Source: Bythopirellula sp. (GTDB taxonomy: Bacteria; Planctomycetota; Planctomycetia; Pirellulales; Lacipirellulaceae). Taken from it: 64,000 nucleotides of DNA. The notes under the pieces were generated by a model. The model did no database searches. It was not told the origin of the DNA and worked only from the letters and a program-made list of their open reading frames with translations. How positions within the stretch are numbered: position 1 is the stretch's first letter; every line of letters starts with the position of its first letter. Positions 1 through 9,390 of the stretch are shown piece after piece. The stretch is from NCBI GenBank assembly GCA_965216565.1, contig OZ244170.1, positions 2,752,001 through 2,816,000 on the forward strand, given 5' to 3'. Made by a program: the position numbers and the translations under genes.

Positions 1-745
1 GAATTGCGCTCGCCGCCACCAGTACGAGCAGCACGTAGGTAATTTGGCGGAACAAGGGTTTCGAGAGTCGGTGTCCCCAACCGAATCCAACCCGCAAACC
101 AATTAGCACCATCGGCAACACAATCAAAGCGGTCGTTGCTGCGGGTAGGATTTTTTCTCCATGTTCCCAATAGAAAGCGGTCGCCACCACGGGGAGTCCC
201 GTTGCAGAACAAAAAAACAAGAACGCCCGCGACTTTTGAGCCGTCCATGTTAGCCCGTTGAGGTAGATCACCAACGGCGCCCCGCCAATCGCAGCGAAGC
301 CCATGAGCAATCCCGATGTCGTGTAGGCCAACGTCTGCCAGCCGAGGTTCAACTCGTCTCGGGGCGTCACCCGCAATCCCCACAGCAAGCTGATGGTGAC
401 GAGCAAGATGGTACCGATCAATTGTTTGGACTGTGCGGGGTCTACATAGGTGTCGGCAAGCGAAGCAACATACGCGCCGCAGGGAATGGCAAGTATCCTC
501 AGCGTTACCGGCAGCACAAGTTCCTTCGGCTCTAAGTGCGACCAAAGTTTCCAAGCGCCGGTTGTATTCTGCACGGCTGTTGAAACCAGATTGATCGTCG
601 CTGCCTCGGGGATCGAAAACCCGCTTAGCATCAGCAACGGCACGCACAACAATCCCGATCCAAACCCGACGGCCCCTTGCACGACGCTGCCAAAGGTCAT
701 GATCACACCGACCAAGGCAATTTCTTCGGGAGAGTACGTGACCAT
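1..745 (-). CDS. Sulfite exporter TauE/SafE (TSUP) family membrane protein, truncated by the left window edge
   Basis: Not in the ORF track because no stop lies in the window. Read by hand from ATG 745: MVTYSPEEIALVGVIMTFGSVVQGAVGFGSGLLCVPLL. It has the TSUP 'G.GFG.G' motif, a second 'GFAAIGGAPL' motif, and is hydrophobic throughout. Confidence 0.85.
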   Translation of the reverse strand, partial: MVTYSPEEIALVGVIMTFGSVVQGAVGFGSGLLCVPLLMLSGFSIPEAATINLVSTAVQNTTGAWKLWSHLEPKELVLPVTLRILAIPCGAYVASLADTYVDPAQSKQLIGTILLVTISLLWGLRVTPRDELNLGWQTLAYTTSGLLMGFAAIGGAPLVIYLNGLTWTAQKSRAFLFFCSATGLPVVATAFYWEHGEKILPAATTALIVLPMVLIGLRVGFGWGHRLSKPLFRQITYVLLVLVAASAI

Positions 746-1032
746 GGGCAAGTTCAATGGGGACTCTGCGAGAGGACGAAAACGAACTAAGCCCCTACCC
801 AACTCAAGCTAGTCGCGATTCAATAAATCGTCGACTGGAGGCCGTCTACCCGCGTAGAAACTGTGAGAACAGATTCTTCCGGAGGCAATCTTCATTGACA
901 CAATCGATTGTGCCCAGACTGTGTCAATCGTCAAGGTCACCACGTTTCTCAGGCCCGGCAGCTTCTTTTGCGTTGTCACACTGAGTCTCGTCAGTGGAAC
1001 GTCCGTGGTGATTTGCACTCGCATTCCACGAC

Positions 1033-1797
1033 TCAGCTCCACCAGCCCCCGTTCACGTGGATGGTCTGTCCCGAGACATAGGATGCCAGGTCACTGCATA
1101 GGAACAAAACGACTGAAGCAATCTCATCAGGCTCGCCAAACCTACCGAGGGGAATCTGGTCTAGCATCTGACGCTGAACCTTATCGGGTATCGCTTTCCC
1201 CATTTCCGTCAACACAACTCCCGGCGCTACGGCGTTGACGGTAATACTCTGCTTGGCCAGCTCACGACTCAATACCTTGGTGAGTGACATAACGCCTGCC
1301 TTGGCCGCTGCGTAGTTGGCTTGACCGTAGGTTCCTACGACAGCAGATAATGAAGCAAGGCTAACGATCCGCCCTCCATCGGCCAAAGAGTGGCTGGCTT
1401 GTTGGCACATGTTGAACACGCCTGTGAGGTTGGTGTCGATCACCTGTTGCCACTGGTCGGAGGTCATGTTGCGAACGGTCCGATCTCGCGTGATTCCGGC
1501 GTTATTGACCACGATGTCAACTTGGCCCCATCGGGACTCAATTTGTTCGAACAAATCGGCAATGGCTGTGGGATCGCGCACGTCTGCGGGCAACGCCACC
1601 GCTCGATCTCCAAGCGCAGCTGCCACTTCCTCTGCTTGTGAGCGATTGCTTATGCCGCTAGCATCAGCCTCGTTCTCGAAGAAGTTGATGGCAACTTTTG
1701 CACCTGCTGCGTAGAGCGATTCGGCAATCGCACGCCCGAGCCCCTGTCCGGCACCGGTGACGATGGCATTCTTCTGAGAGAGATCAATTCGGTTCAT
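1033..1797 (-). CDS. SDR oxidoreductase, FabG-like 3-oxoacyl-ACP/CoA reductase
   Basis: TGAGQGLG, NNAGITRD, YAAAK and VAPG motifs, C-terminal 'IPLGRFGEPDE...VNGG'. Confidence 0.9.
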   Translation of the reverse strand: MNRIDLSQKNAIVTGAGQGLGRAIAESLYAAGAKVAINFFENEADASGISNRSQAEEVAAALGDRAVALPADVRDPTAIADLFEQIESRWGQVDIVVNNAGITRDRTVRNMTSDQWQQVIDTNLTGVFNMCQQASHSLADGGRIVSLASLSAVVGTYGQANYAAAKAGVMSLTKVLSRELAKQSITVNAVAPGVVLTEMGKAIPDKVQRQMLDQIPLGRFGEPDEIASVVLFLCSDLASYVSGQTIHVNGGWWS

Positions 1798-1939
1798 AGC
1801 TGTGGTTCATCCTCGGAGCGATTTTAAATTGCCTGTCGTTGTTCTGCGACCCCTACTCCTCATCGGTTTCAAATTGCTTATAATCGAAATCTGTGGTGTT
1901 TGATAACCAACGATTGAAGAACACTAGTGAGGCTGACAA

Positions 1940-3382
1940 ATGCGACGACGTGATTTCTTAGTCGGAACTGCAACAGGTTTGGCAACAGCCGGATTGATTT
2001 CGGGTCGCTCAAAGGCAGAAACTCATGATCACGGTGCTCACGAGTTGTGCCAGCACATGTATCCAACGCCTCAGGCTGCGATGCGTTCTCCCCGTGAGAC
2101 CGTGGCGTTTGTACCGGCAATTTATGTTGGCACTGGGATATCAAAACCAGATTATCTAGCGGTCGTGGATCTCGATCCGCAGTCTCCAACATTCAGCCAA
2201 GTTGTGAGTCGTCTCCCCATGCCAAACGTGGGCGACGAACTTCATCATTTCGGCTGGAACGCCTGTAGTAGCTGTCACGGGGAACCTGGGAAATCGCGGC
2301 AGTATCTGGTGCTTCCCGGTTTGGGCTCTGGTCGAATTCATATTGTCGATGTGGCTAACCCGCGTCACCCGAAGTTGCACAAAGTGATCGAAGGCGAAGC
2401 CATTGCCGAGCAGGTGGATCTATCGGCTCCCCACACAGTCCACTGCCTCGCCAACGGGCAGATCATGATTTCTATGTTGGGCGACTCCAAGGGCGAAGGG
2501 CCGGGCGGTTTCCTCTTGCTCGATGATGAATTCGAGATTGTTGGGCGTTGGGAAAAGGAAGCCGAAGCAATGCGATTCAACTACGACTTCTGGTATCAGC
2601 CGCGACACAACGTCATGGTGAGTAGCGAATGGGGAGCGCCTAACACGATACAAGAGGGTTTCAAACTAGAAGATGTACAGGCCGACAAATACGGCCACCA
2701 ACTTCACTTTTGGGACTGGAAAGAAAAGCGTATCAAACAGAGTGTCGACCTGGGTGAAGAAGGCATGATTCCTCTGGAAGTTCGCTTTCACCACGACCCG
2801 GATAGCGCCCACGGTTATGTCGGCGCGGCGCTCAGCAGTGCCATGTGGCATTTCTCCAAAGGAGAGAAACTTTGGGATGTCGAAAAAGCTATTCAGGTCG
2901 ACCCGGTCGAAACAGAGGGCTGGCCATTCCCCGTTCCAGGGTTGATTACGGATTTATTGCTATCGCTCGATGATAAGTGGCTCTATTTTTCAAACTGGCT
3001 TCACGGAGATATTAGGCAATACGACGTTAGCGACCCGGCTAATCCAAAACTCACAGGGCAAGTGTGGCTGGGTGGAGTTATTGGCAAAGAAAGCTCGACA
3101 GATCGCCAGCTAGAAGGTGGCCCACAAATGTTGCAGTTGAGCCTCGATGGCAAGCGGCTCTATGTGACAAACTCTTTGTATAGTCGCTGGGACGATCAAT
3201 TCTATCCTGAGATGGCCAAGAGCGGCTCGTACATGTTGCAGCTCGACTGCAACACTGAGAGCGGCGGGCTGACAGTCAACGAAGATTTCTTCGTTGATTT
3301 TGGAAAAGAGCCAGATGGCCCTGCGCGGGCACACGAGATTAGGTTTCCCGGTGGCGACTGCACGTCGGACATTTGGGTGTAA
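1940..3382 (+). CDS. Selenium-binding protein SBP56/SELENBP1 family (methanethiol oxidase homolog) with a twin-arginine signal peptide
   Basis: DELHHFGWNACSSC, PHTVHC, YDFWYQPRHNVMVSSEWG, GGPQMLQLSLDGKRLYVT and C-terminal AHEIRFPGGDCTSDIWV. The N-terminal MRRRDFL fits the Tat motif. Confidence 0.92.
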   Translation: MRRRDFLVGTATGLATAGLISGRSKAETHDHGAHELCQHMYPTPQAAMRSPRETVAFVPAIYVGTGISKPDYLAVVDLDPQSPTFSQVVSRLPMPNVGDELHHFGWNACSSCHGEPGKSRQYLVLPGLGSGRIHIVDVANPRHPKLHKVIEGEAIAEQVDLSAPHTVHCLANGQIMISMLGDSKGEGPGGFLLLDDEFEIVGRWEKEAEAMRFNYDFWYQPRHNVMVSSEWGAPNTIQEGFKLEDVQADKYGHQLHFWDWKEKRIKQSVDLGEEGMIPLEVRFHHDPDSAHGYVGAALSSAMWHFSKGEKLWDVEKAIQVDPVETEGWPFPVPGLITDLLLSLDDKWLYFSNWLHGDIRQYDVSDPANPKLTGQVWLGGVIGKESSTDRQLEGGPQMLQLSLDGKRLYVTNSLYSRWDDQFYPEMAKSGSYMLQLDCNTESGGLTVNEDFFVDFGKEPDGPARAHEIRFPGGDCTSDIWV

Positions 3383-3408
3383 GGCAGTTAGGCCGTTTCA
3401 ATTTTGGG

Positions 3409-4350
3409 CTAGCTTGTGACCGGCATGCTCTTGCCTCGCGCGGCTTCCAATTCCGGCATTGCCTTTTGTAAGGCTTTGATGTGTGCGGGACTTGTGCCGC
3501 AACAGCCACCTAGCAGTCGCACGCCAGCTGCAACCCAGCCGAGTGCCTCCGTGACCAATTCCTCTGGTGGAATGACGTCGACAAACTCCCAATTGGGTTT
3601 CGCAAAATAGCCCGACTCGGGATAGACGCCGATGGGGCCTGACCATCGCTCGCGAATTAGTTCGATGGCGCTGCCAATGGCTCTGATTTCGCTGTGCATA
3701 ATATTCACAACGGTAGGGCCCATCGGGATAAGAGCATCTAGAATCTCAGTGAAATCTGTGTCGGGACAGGCAAAGCTAACAATCCTGCCATCCTCTGCTC
3801 TTTTGCAACTCATCCCAAGCCAAATTGGCAATCCAGTTTCCAACGCTGCCCGCATCGCTCTGGGAGCATGCGTCGTATCTTCCATCATCTCCAACGCAAT
3901 GATGTCTGCCCCGGCCTTTGTAAGAATAGTGGCCGCTTCTCGATACGATTCGAGTTCTTTCTCAGCAGATTGATAGGCGCCTCGATCGAAACCGGGGGGC
4001 ATAGCCGAGATCGACCCAGCCACGGCAACGGCGGCGTCCGCCAGGTTCTCCCGGGCCAATATGGCAAGTTCCACGGCACTACGGTTGACGGTTTCGACTT
4101 GGTCTCCGAAACCAGCCGGTTCCAGCATCTGCCGCGTTGAGCCAAATGTGTTTGCAATGATCACCCGCGACCCAGAGCGAATGTAATCTTCGTGCGTCTC
4201 GCGCACGATGTCGGGATGCGAGAGCACGGCTGCTCCGCTCCACGCCACCATATCCATAGGTACTCCGCGGCGTTGGAGCTCGGTGCCCGTCGCACCATCG
4301 ATAAGTACAATTTCGTTTGCTTCAAGCTTTTGCTGCCAGTTTTTTTTCAT
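3409..4350 (-). CDS. Homocysteine S-methyltransferase family protein (BHMT/MmuM/MetH N-terminal fold)
   Basis: IDGATGTEL, HEDYIRSGSRVIIANTF, VAGSI, GVYP and the GGCCG Zn-binding motif. Start placed at ATG 4350 (ORF track extends to 4389). Confidence 0.9.
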   Translation of the reverse strand: MKKNWQQKLEANEIVLIDGATGTELQRRGVPMDMVAWSGAAVLSHPDIVRETHEDYIRSGSRVIIANTFGSTRQMLEPAGFGDQVETVNRSAVELAILARENLADAAVAVAGSISAMPPGFDRGAYQSAEKELESYREAATILTKAGADIIALEMMEDTTHAPRAMRAALETGLPIWLGMSCKRAEDGRIVSFACPDTDFTEILDALIPMGPTVVNIMHSEIRAIGSAIELIRERWSGPIGVYPESGYFAKPNWEFVDVIPPEELVTEALGWVAAGVRLLGGCCGTSPAHIKALQKAMPELEAARGKSMPVTS

Positions 4351-4554
4351 AACGTTTCTTTTTTTGCGGCAGTCCTTTTTGGGTGCCACACAATCGGCTA
4401 TATGGTAGCTTAACTAACGATAACAACATCTTCGGCTTTTTATTCTAATCCATGGCTACTCCAGAGTACAAAATGAGTTGGGCCATAATTCGCAAAACAG
4501 ATTGAATATTTTTTGTTGAACAAATATCTCTCGATGCTAAGTGGAGAAGAGTCC

Positions 4555-6168
4555 TTGAATAGTTTGATGATGGATTTTCCGCTCACGTTAAACTCAATTC
4601 TGCATCGAGCAGAAACGATTCATGGAGAGCGTGAGGTGGTTACGCGGATGCCCGACAGGAGCTGGCACCGATATGGTTACCGCGACATGTCGGACCGCGC
4701 CAAACGATTGGCCCTGGCGCTGTCAAATTTGGGGGTTGAGGCAGGAGATAGAGTCGCCACACTCTGCTGGAATCATTACCGTCACCTCGAAACCTATTTC
4801 GGAATTCCGGCTTATGGGGCAGTGCTACACACGCTCAACCCTCGGCTGCATGAAGACGATCTGGTCCACATCATCAGCGAGGCTGGGGACAAAATTCTGA
4901 TTCTGGACGAGTCTCTGCTACCAGTCTTGGCTAGGTTTCGAGATCGTATCAATCTGGAACATGTCATTGTGATTGCCGAAGGCGGAGAGTTGCCTGAGGG
5001 TATGCACAGCTACGAGACCTTACTCAGCGAAACCGATGTTAACGATTTCAAATACCCAGAGATTGACGAGAATCAAGCCGCTTCGATGTGCTACACCTCT
5101 GGAACAGTCGGCAAGCCGAAGGGTGTTGTTTACTCTCACCGCGCGATCGCGTTACATTCACTGGGCGCAGCGTTGACGTGTGGGTTCGAGATTTGGGAAT
5201 CGGATAGCATTTTGCCAGTGGTGCCCATGTTTCACGTGAATGGCTGGGGCTTGCCCTACATTGCCGCGATGATGGGATCCAAGTTGGTGCTACCCGGCCC
5301 CTCGCTCGATGCAGTGAGTTTGCTTGAAGCCTACGAGCAGGAGCAAGTGACCTTTACGGCCGGTGTTCCGACCATGTGGTTAGCGCTGCTTGAGAAGCTT
5401 GACGAAGATCCGGAGAAATACGACGTCTCGGCCTTGCGCAAGCTGATAGTCGGTGGAGCTGCCATGCCGCAGAGCTTGCTGCAGGCTTTCCAAGAACGAC
5501 ACAATCTAAATCTCGTTGCGGCTTGGGGCATGACGGAAACTACACCGATGGGTACGATCTGCTATCTCAGACCCGGGCAAGAAGAGGCTTCACAGGACGA
5601 GCAGTATGGGTACCGGTGTCGCCAGGGAACACCGGTTCCGTTTGTCGAAATCCGTGCTCGCGGCCCCAATGGTTTAGTTGAGTGGGATGGCAAGACGATG
5701 GGCGAACTGGAAGTTCGCGGTCCTTGGATTACGAGCGGCTACCACAATCGGCCTGACACCGCGGATCGAATTACCGAGGACGGTTGGTTCCGCACTGGCG
5801 ACATTGTCTCGATCAATAAGCGCGGTTCGATGAAAATCGAGGATCGATCGAAGGATCTGATTAAATCGGGGGGCGAGTGGATTAGTTCGGTCGATCTAGA
5901 GAATGCGATAATGGCGCATGAAGACGTTGCCGAGGCAGCGGTCATTGCCATAGATCATCCGAAATGGGGCGAGCGTCCCTTGGCCGCAGTGGTCGCTCGT
6001 CCAGAATCGACACTGAACGTCGAAGAACTGCAAGAATTTCTGGCCTCGGTGGTAGCCAAGTGGTGGATTCCAGATGCATTTGAGATAGTATCTGAGATTC
6101 CGAAGACAGCAACTGGAAAATTCAATAAGGTTGCACTCCGAGAGCAATTCGCGAGACGAAGCGTGTAA
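4555..6168 (+). CDS. Acyl-CoA synthetase, AlkK/DmdB-like medium-chain fatty acid (possibly 3-methylmercaptopropionate) CoA ligase
   Basis: YTSGTVGKPKG AMP-binding motif, PMFHVNGWG, WGMTE, GWFRTGD, DRSKDLIKSGGEWISS and HPKWGERP. TTG 4555 is preceded by GGAG. Confidence 0.88.
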   Translation: MNSLMMDFPLTLNSILHRAETIHGEREVVTRMPDRSWHRYGYRDMSDRAKRLALALSNLGVEAGDRVATLCWNHYRHLETYFGIPAYGAVLHTLNPRLHEDDLVHIISEAGDKILILDESLLPVLARFRDRINLEHVIVIAEGGELPEGMHSYETLLSETDVNDFKYPEIDENQAASMCYTSGTVGKPKGVVYSHRAIALHSLGAALTCGFEIWESDSILPVVPMFHVNGWGLPYIAAMMGSKLVLPGPSLDAVSLLEAYEQEQVTFTAGVPTMWLALLEKLDEDPEKYDVSALRKLIVGGAAMPQSLLQAFQERHNLNLVAAWGMTETTPMGTICYLRPGQEEASQDEQYGYRCRQGTPVPFVEIRARGPNGLVEWDGKTMGELEVRGPWITSGYHNRPDTADRITEDGWFRTGDIVSINKRGSMKIEDRSKDLIKSGGEWISSVDLENAIMAHEDVAEAAVIAIDHPKWGERPLAAVVARPESTLNVEELQEFLASVVAKWWIPDAFEIVSEIPKTATGKFNKVALREQFARRSV

Positions 6169-6217
6169 CTCTTTCCGAACAGTCACGGCCAAACTCTGGC
6201 GACAGGGATCAAAATAG

Positions 6218-7513
6218 ATGAGCAAGTTCAGTAGTTTTAAGTTCGATACGTTATCGCTCCATGCTGGCCAACATCCAGACCCCGCAACTGGGGCCCGTGC
6301 CACGCCCATTTATCAGACGGCGTCTTATGTATTCCGCGACACCGATCACGCTGCATCACTCTTCAACATCGAGCGCACCGGGCACGTCTATTCTCGAATC
6401 TCAAACCCGACCAGTGCTGTCTTGGAAGAACGCATCTCTGCCTTGGAAGGCGGAGTGGGAGCGATCGCGACGTCGAGCGGACAAGCCGCGATGCACCTTG
6501 CCATCGTCACGTTGATGGACGGAGGTTCGCACATCGTCGCTTCGAATTCCCTGTATGGAGGAACGCACAATCTCTTGGCTTATACGATGCCGCGTTTCGG
6601 CATTGAAACCACCTTTGTCGATCCTCGCGATCCCGATGCCTTCCGTGCTGCGATTCAGCCCAATACGCGTCTGGTGTTTGGCGAGATCCTCGGCAATCCT
6701 GGCTTGGAGGTGTTGAATATTCCTGAGATCTCCAAAGTGGCCCACGAAGCGGGACTACCACTGCTCGTAGATTCGACATTCACAACGCCCTATCTCTGCA
6801 AGCCCTTGGAATTGGGTGCCGACTTGGTGTACCACTCCGCGACGAAGTTTCTCGGGGGCCATGGTGTCGCAATTGGAGGTTTGCTCGTGGATGGAGGGAT
6901 TTTTGATTGGGAAGCATCTGGCAAGTTCCCAACGTTGACCGAGCCCTATTCAGGATTTCACAACCTTGATTTCGTCGAAGAATTTGGCCCAGCTGCATTC
7001 ATTACCAGGGCCCGCAAGGAAGGTATCCGAGACTTTGGCGCGTGCATGAGCGCGAATACGGCTTTTCTGATCCTGCAAGGCATGGAAACACTGCCCCTCC
7101 GAATGGAAAAGCATGTCGACAACACTCGAAAAATCATCGATTACCTGAAGCAGCAGGACGCTGTGGAGTGGGTCACCTACCCAGAGCTACCCAACCATCC
7201 TGATCACGTTCTAGCGACTGAGATTTTGCCGAAAGGTTGTGGCGCAGTGTTTAGCTTTGGAATCAAGGGAGGCCGTGCGGCCGGGCAGCAGTTTATCGAA
7301 CGCTTGGAATTGTTCTCGCATCTGGCCAATATTGGCGATGCCAAGTCACTAGTGATTCACCCCGCAAGCACAACTCATCACCGGATGGATGCCGCAGCAC
7401 TTGAGGCGGCTGGCATCTCCGAGGGGTTGGTAAGAATGTCTGTTGGCATCGAGGATGCGGACGATCTGATCGCGGACATCGACAAGGGCTTGCGGGCGGC
7501 GCAGAAGGTTTAG
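6218..7513 (+). CDS. metY: O-acetylhomoserine aminocarboxypropyltransferase (sulfhydrylase), PLP-dependent, MetY family
   Basis: FDTLSLHAG...PIYQT, YSRISNPT, SSGQAA, HSATKFLGGHG (PLP lysine) and LANIGDAKSLVIHPASTTH. Confidence 0.9.
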   Translation: MSKFSSFKFDTLSLHAGQHPDPATGARATPIYQTASYVFRDTDHAASLFNIERTGHVYSRISNPTSAVLEERISALEGGVGAIATSSGQAAMHLAIVTLMDGGSHIVASNSLYGGTHNLLAYTMPRFGIETTFVDPRDPDAFRAAIQPNTRLVFGEILGNPGLEVLNIPEISKVAHEAGLPLLVDSTFTTPYLCKPLELGADLVYHSATKFLGGHGVAIGGLLVDGGIFDWEASGKFPTLTEPYSGFHNLDFVEEFGPAAFITRARKEGIRDFGACMSANTAFLILQGMETLPLRMEKHVDNTRKIIDYLKQQDAVEWVTYPELPNHPDHVLATEILPKGCGAVFSFGIKGGRAAGQQFIERLELFSHLANIGDAKSLVIHPASTTHHRMDAAALEAAGISEGLVRMSVGIEDADDLIADIDKGLRAAQKV

Positions 7514-7538
7514 AAGCTCTTTTTGTTTAGGGAATTTC

Positions 7539-8327
7539 ATGGAATTACAAATGAATGGGAAGAGCGTCTACATGGCCACCGGCAATCGCGAGATTGACCC
7601 GGCTCTAGAGACTGTTGTTTTCGTCCACGGTGCAGGTCAGGACCATACAATTTGGGTGTTGCCGACAAGATACTTCGCGCGTCATAGGTTCAACGTGGTG
7701 GCGGTCGATTTGCCGGGGCATGGTCGGTCCGCAGGGCCTTTGCTCAAGTCGGTGGAAGAAATGGCTGACTGGGTGGTAGGTGTACTCGATGGGGTTGGCG
7801 TTAGCTGTGCAGCCGTGATTGGACATAGCATGGGATCGCTTGTGGCCCTCGACATGGCGGCCCGCTACCAAGACCGAGTGCGATCGCTCGCCTTGGTCGG
7901 AACTTCGGTGCCGATGCCCGTGAGCGAGAAACTGTTGTCAACAGCTGAGGCAAACGACCCCGCGACCGTGGATATGCTAACCCTTTGGGGGCACAGTTCT
8001 TCGGCTCACTTAGGCGGCAGTGCCACCCCGGGAATGTGGATGGTGGGGGGTGCCAGACGGCTGCTAGAGCGTTCAGCATCCGGGGTTTTGCATGCCGACT
8101 TGAAGGCTTGCAATGACTATAATCAGGGATTGGAAAAGGCCAGCGATGTGACCAGTCCCGTTCTTCTGGTGCTTGGAAAACGAGATGCAATGACCCCTGT
8201 ACGGGCCACTGGCAAGCTTTGCGACGCACTTGCGAATGTAAAAACTGTTATTCTGGAAGGCTCTGGGCATGCTCTTCTTTCGGAACGTCCCGACGAAGTA
8301 CTCGATGCTCTGATTCAGATTGTCTAA
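7539..8327 (+). CDS. Alpha/beta hydrolase
   Basis: FVHGAG, DLPGHG, GHSMG nucleophile elbow, catalytic D and H (GKRD, SGH). Confidence 0.88.
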   Translation: MELQMNGKSVYMATGNREIDPALETVVFVHGAGQDHTIWVLPTRYFARHRFNVVAVDLPGHGRSAGPLLKSVEEMADWVVGVLDGVGVSCAAVIGHSMGSLVALDMAARYQDRVRSLALVGTSVPMPVSEKLLSTAEANDPATVDMLTLWGHSSSAHLGGSATPGMWMVGGARRLLERSASGVLHADLKACNDYNQGLEKASDVTSPVLLVLGKRDAMTPVRATGKLCDALANVKTVILEGSGHALLSERPDEVLDALIQIV

Positions 8328-8357
8328 AAACAAACCGCCAACCACGATATCAGTTCT

Positions 8358-9356
8358 ATGTCTCTCTTAGCCCATAACGACTTGCCTGCGTTTGCGGACC
8401 TCCAGCAAGAGGGCGCCGACGTGGTAGTCGACCAGTCGCAAGCTCAGCCGCACCTGCGCATCGCCTTGCTCAATTTGGTGCCTGATGCTGTTCTGCAAGC
8501 GACTGAGCGCCAATGGTTGCGGTTGTTGGCTAACTATACTGAAGCTCAGATTTCGTTCTTCCCAATCACTGTGGCATCGGAGCAGCGGAGCGAAGCGGCT
8601 CAGGACCACATAGCCCAGCACTACGAGTCCTTTGATTCGATCCGTACTCGCGGAATTGACGCACTGATAGTAACGGGTGCCAATCCTCGAACAGAAGACA
8701 TTACCCAAGAATCGTTCTGGCAGCCGATGTTGGACATTCTCGATTGGGCTCGGCAGGATGGATGTTCGATCCTCTATTCCTGCCTGGCTGTCCATGCAGC
8801 AATGCATGCTTATCTCGATACGGAACGGAACCTCCTGCCGCAAAAGTGTTGGGGCGTTTATCCACACCGTAGAAACGATCCCAAAGACCCCTTGGTTCAG
8901 GGCATTGAGGAAGGCTGGGCGCTGCCTCATTCCCGTCGTTATGAAATCACCAGAGAGCAGTTCGAGGATTCTGGAATGCGAATCCTGATTGAGAGTCAAG
9001 AGGCCGGTGTGCTGCTGGCGGTTGATGGCGAGAATGCCGAGCAACTCTATTTCCAAGGACATCCGGAATACGACGTCAATTCGCTGCTTAAGGAATACAA
9101 GCGGGAGGTCCTGCGGTTCTTCGATGGCGTGCGAGACGATTATCCACCTAACCCAGAGAATTATTTTCCAGTCGAGTGCGCCCCGATATTGGAAGATTAC
9201 AAAGTGCAACTCTCGCGTGCCAAGCAGCTAGAACACGCGCAGCCCGAATTTCCTGAAGAAGAATTGATGCAACACCTGAGAAATTCTTGGGCTACTTCGG
9301 GAGAACGTCTGCTGCACAACTGGCTTGGCCAAGTCCAGTTGGCTACAGTCAGTTAG
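8358..9356 (+). CDS. metA: Homoserine O-acyl (succinyl/acetyl) transferase, MetA family
   Basis: LRIALLNLVPD..LQATERQ, LIVTGAN, SCLA (catalytic Cys), PHSR and QGHPEYD...LLKEYKRE. Confidence 0.9.
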   Translation: MSLLAHNDLPAFADLQQEGADVVVDQSQAQPHLRIALLNLVPDAVLQATERQWLRLLANYTEAQISFFPITVASEQRSEAAQDHIAQHYESFDSIRTRGIDALIVTGANPRTEDITQESFWQPMLDILDWARQDGCSILYSCLAVHAAMHAYLDTERNLLPQKCWGVYPHRRNDPKDPLVQGIEEGWALPHSRRYEITREQFEDSGMRILIESQEAGVLLAVDGENAEQLYFQGHPEYDVNSLLKEYKREVLRFFDGVRDDYPPNPENYFPVECAPILEDYKVQLSRAKQLEHAQPEFPEEELMQHLRNSWATSGERLLHNWLGQVQLATVS

Positions 9357-9390
9357 CGACTATCAGTTAGCAAGAGCGTGGCTCTTGGAC

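Noticed and set aside
450..1714. Plus-strand ORFs at 450, 757, 921, 1390 and 1409
   Set aside because: They are mostly antisense shadows of the TauE and FabG-like genes and show no recognisable motifs.
4351..4554. Possible SAM or other riboswitch ahead of the methionine-related genes
   Set aside because: No SAM-I/II consensus elements were recognisable; it is just an AT-rich divergent spacer.
8367..9209. 280-aa minus-strand ORF
   Set aside because: It lies entirely antisense to metA and has no protein-family features.
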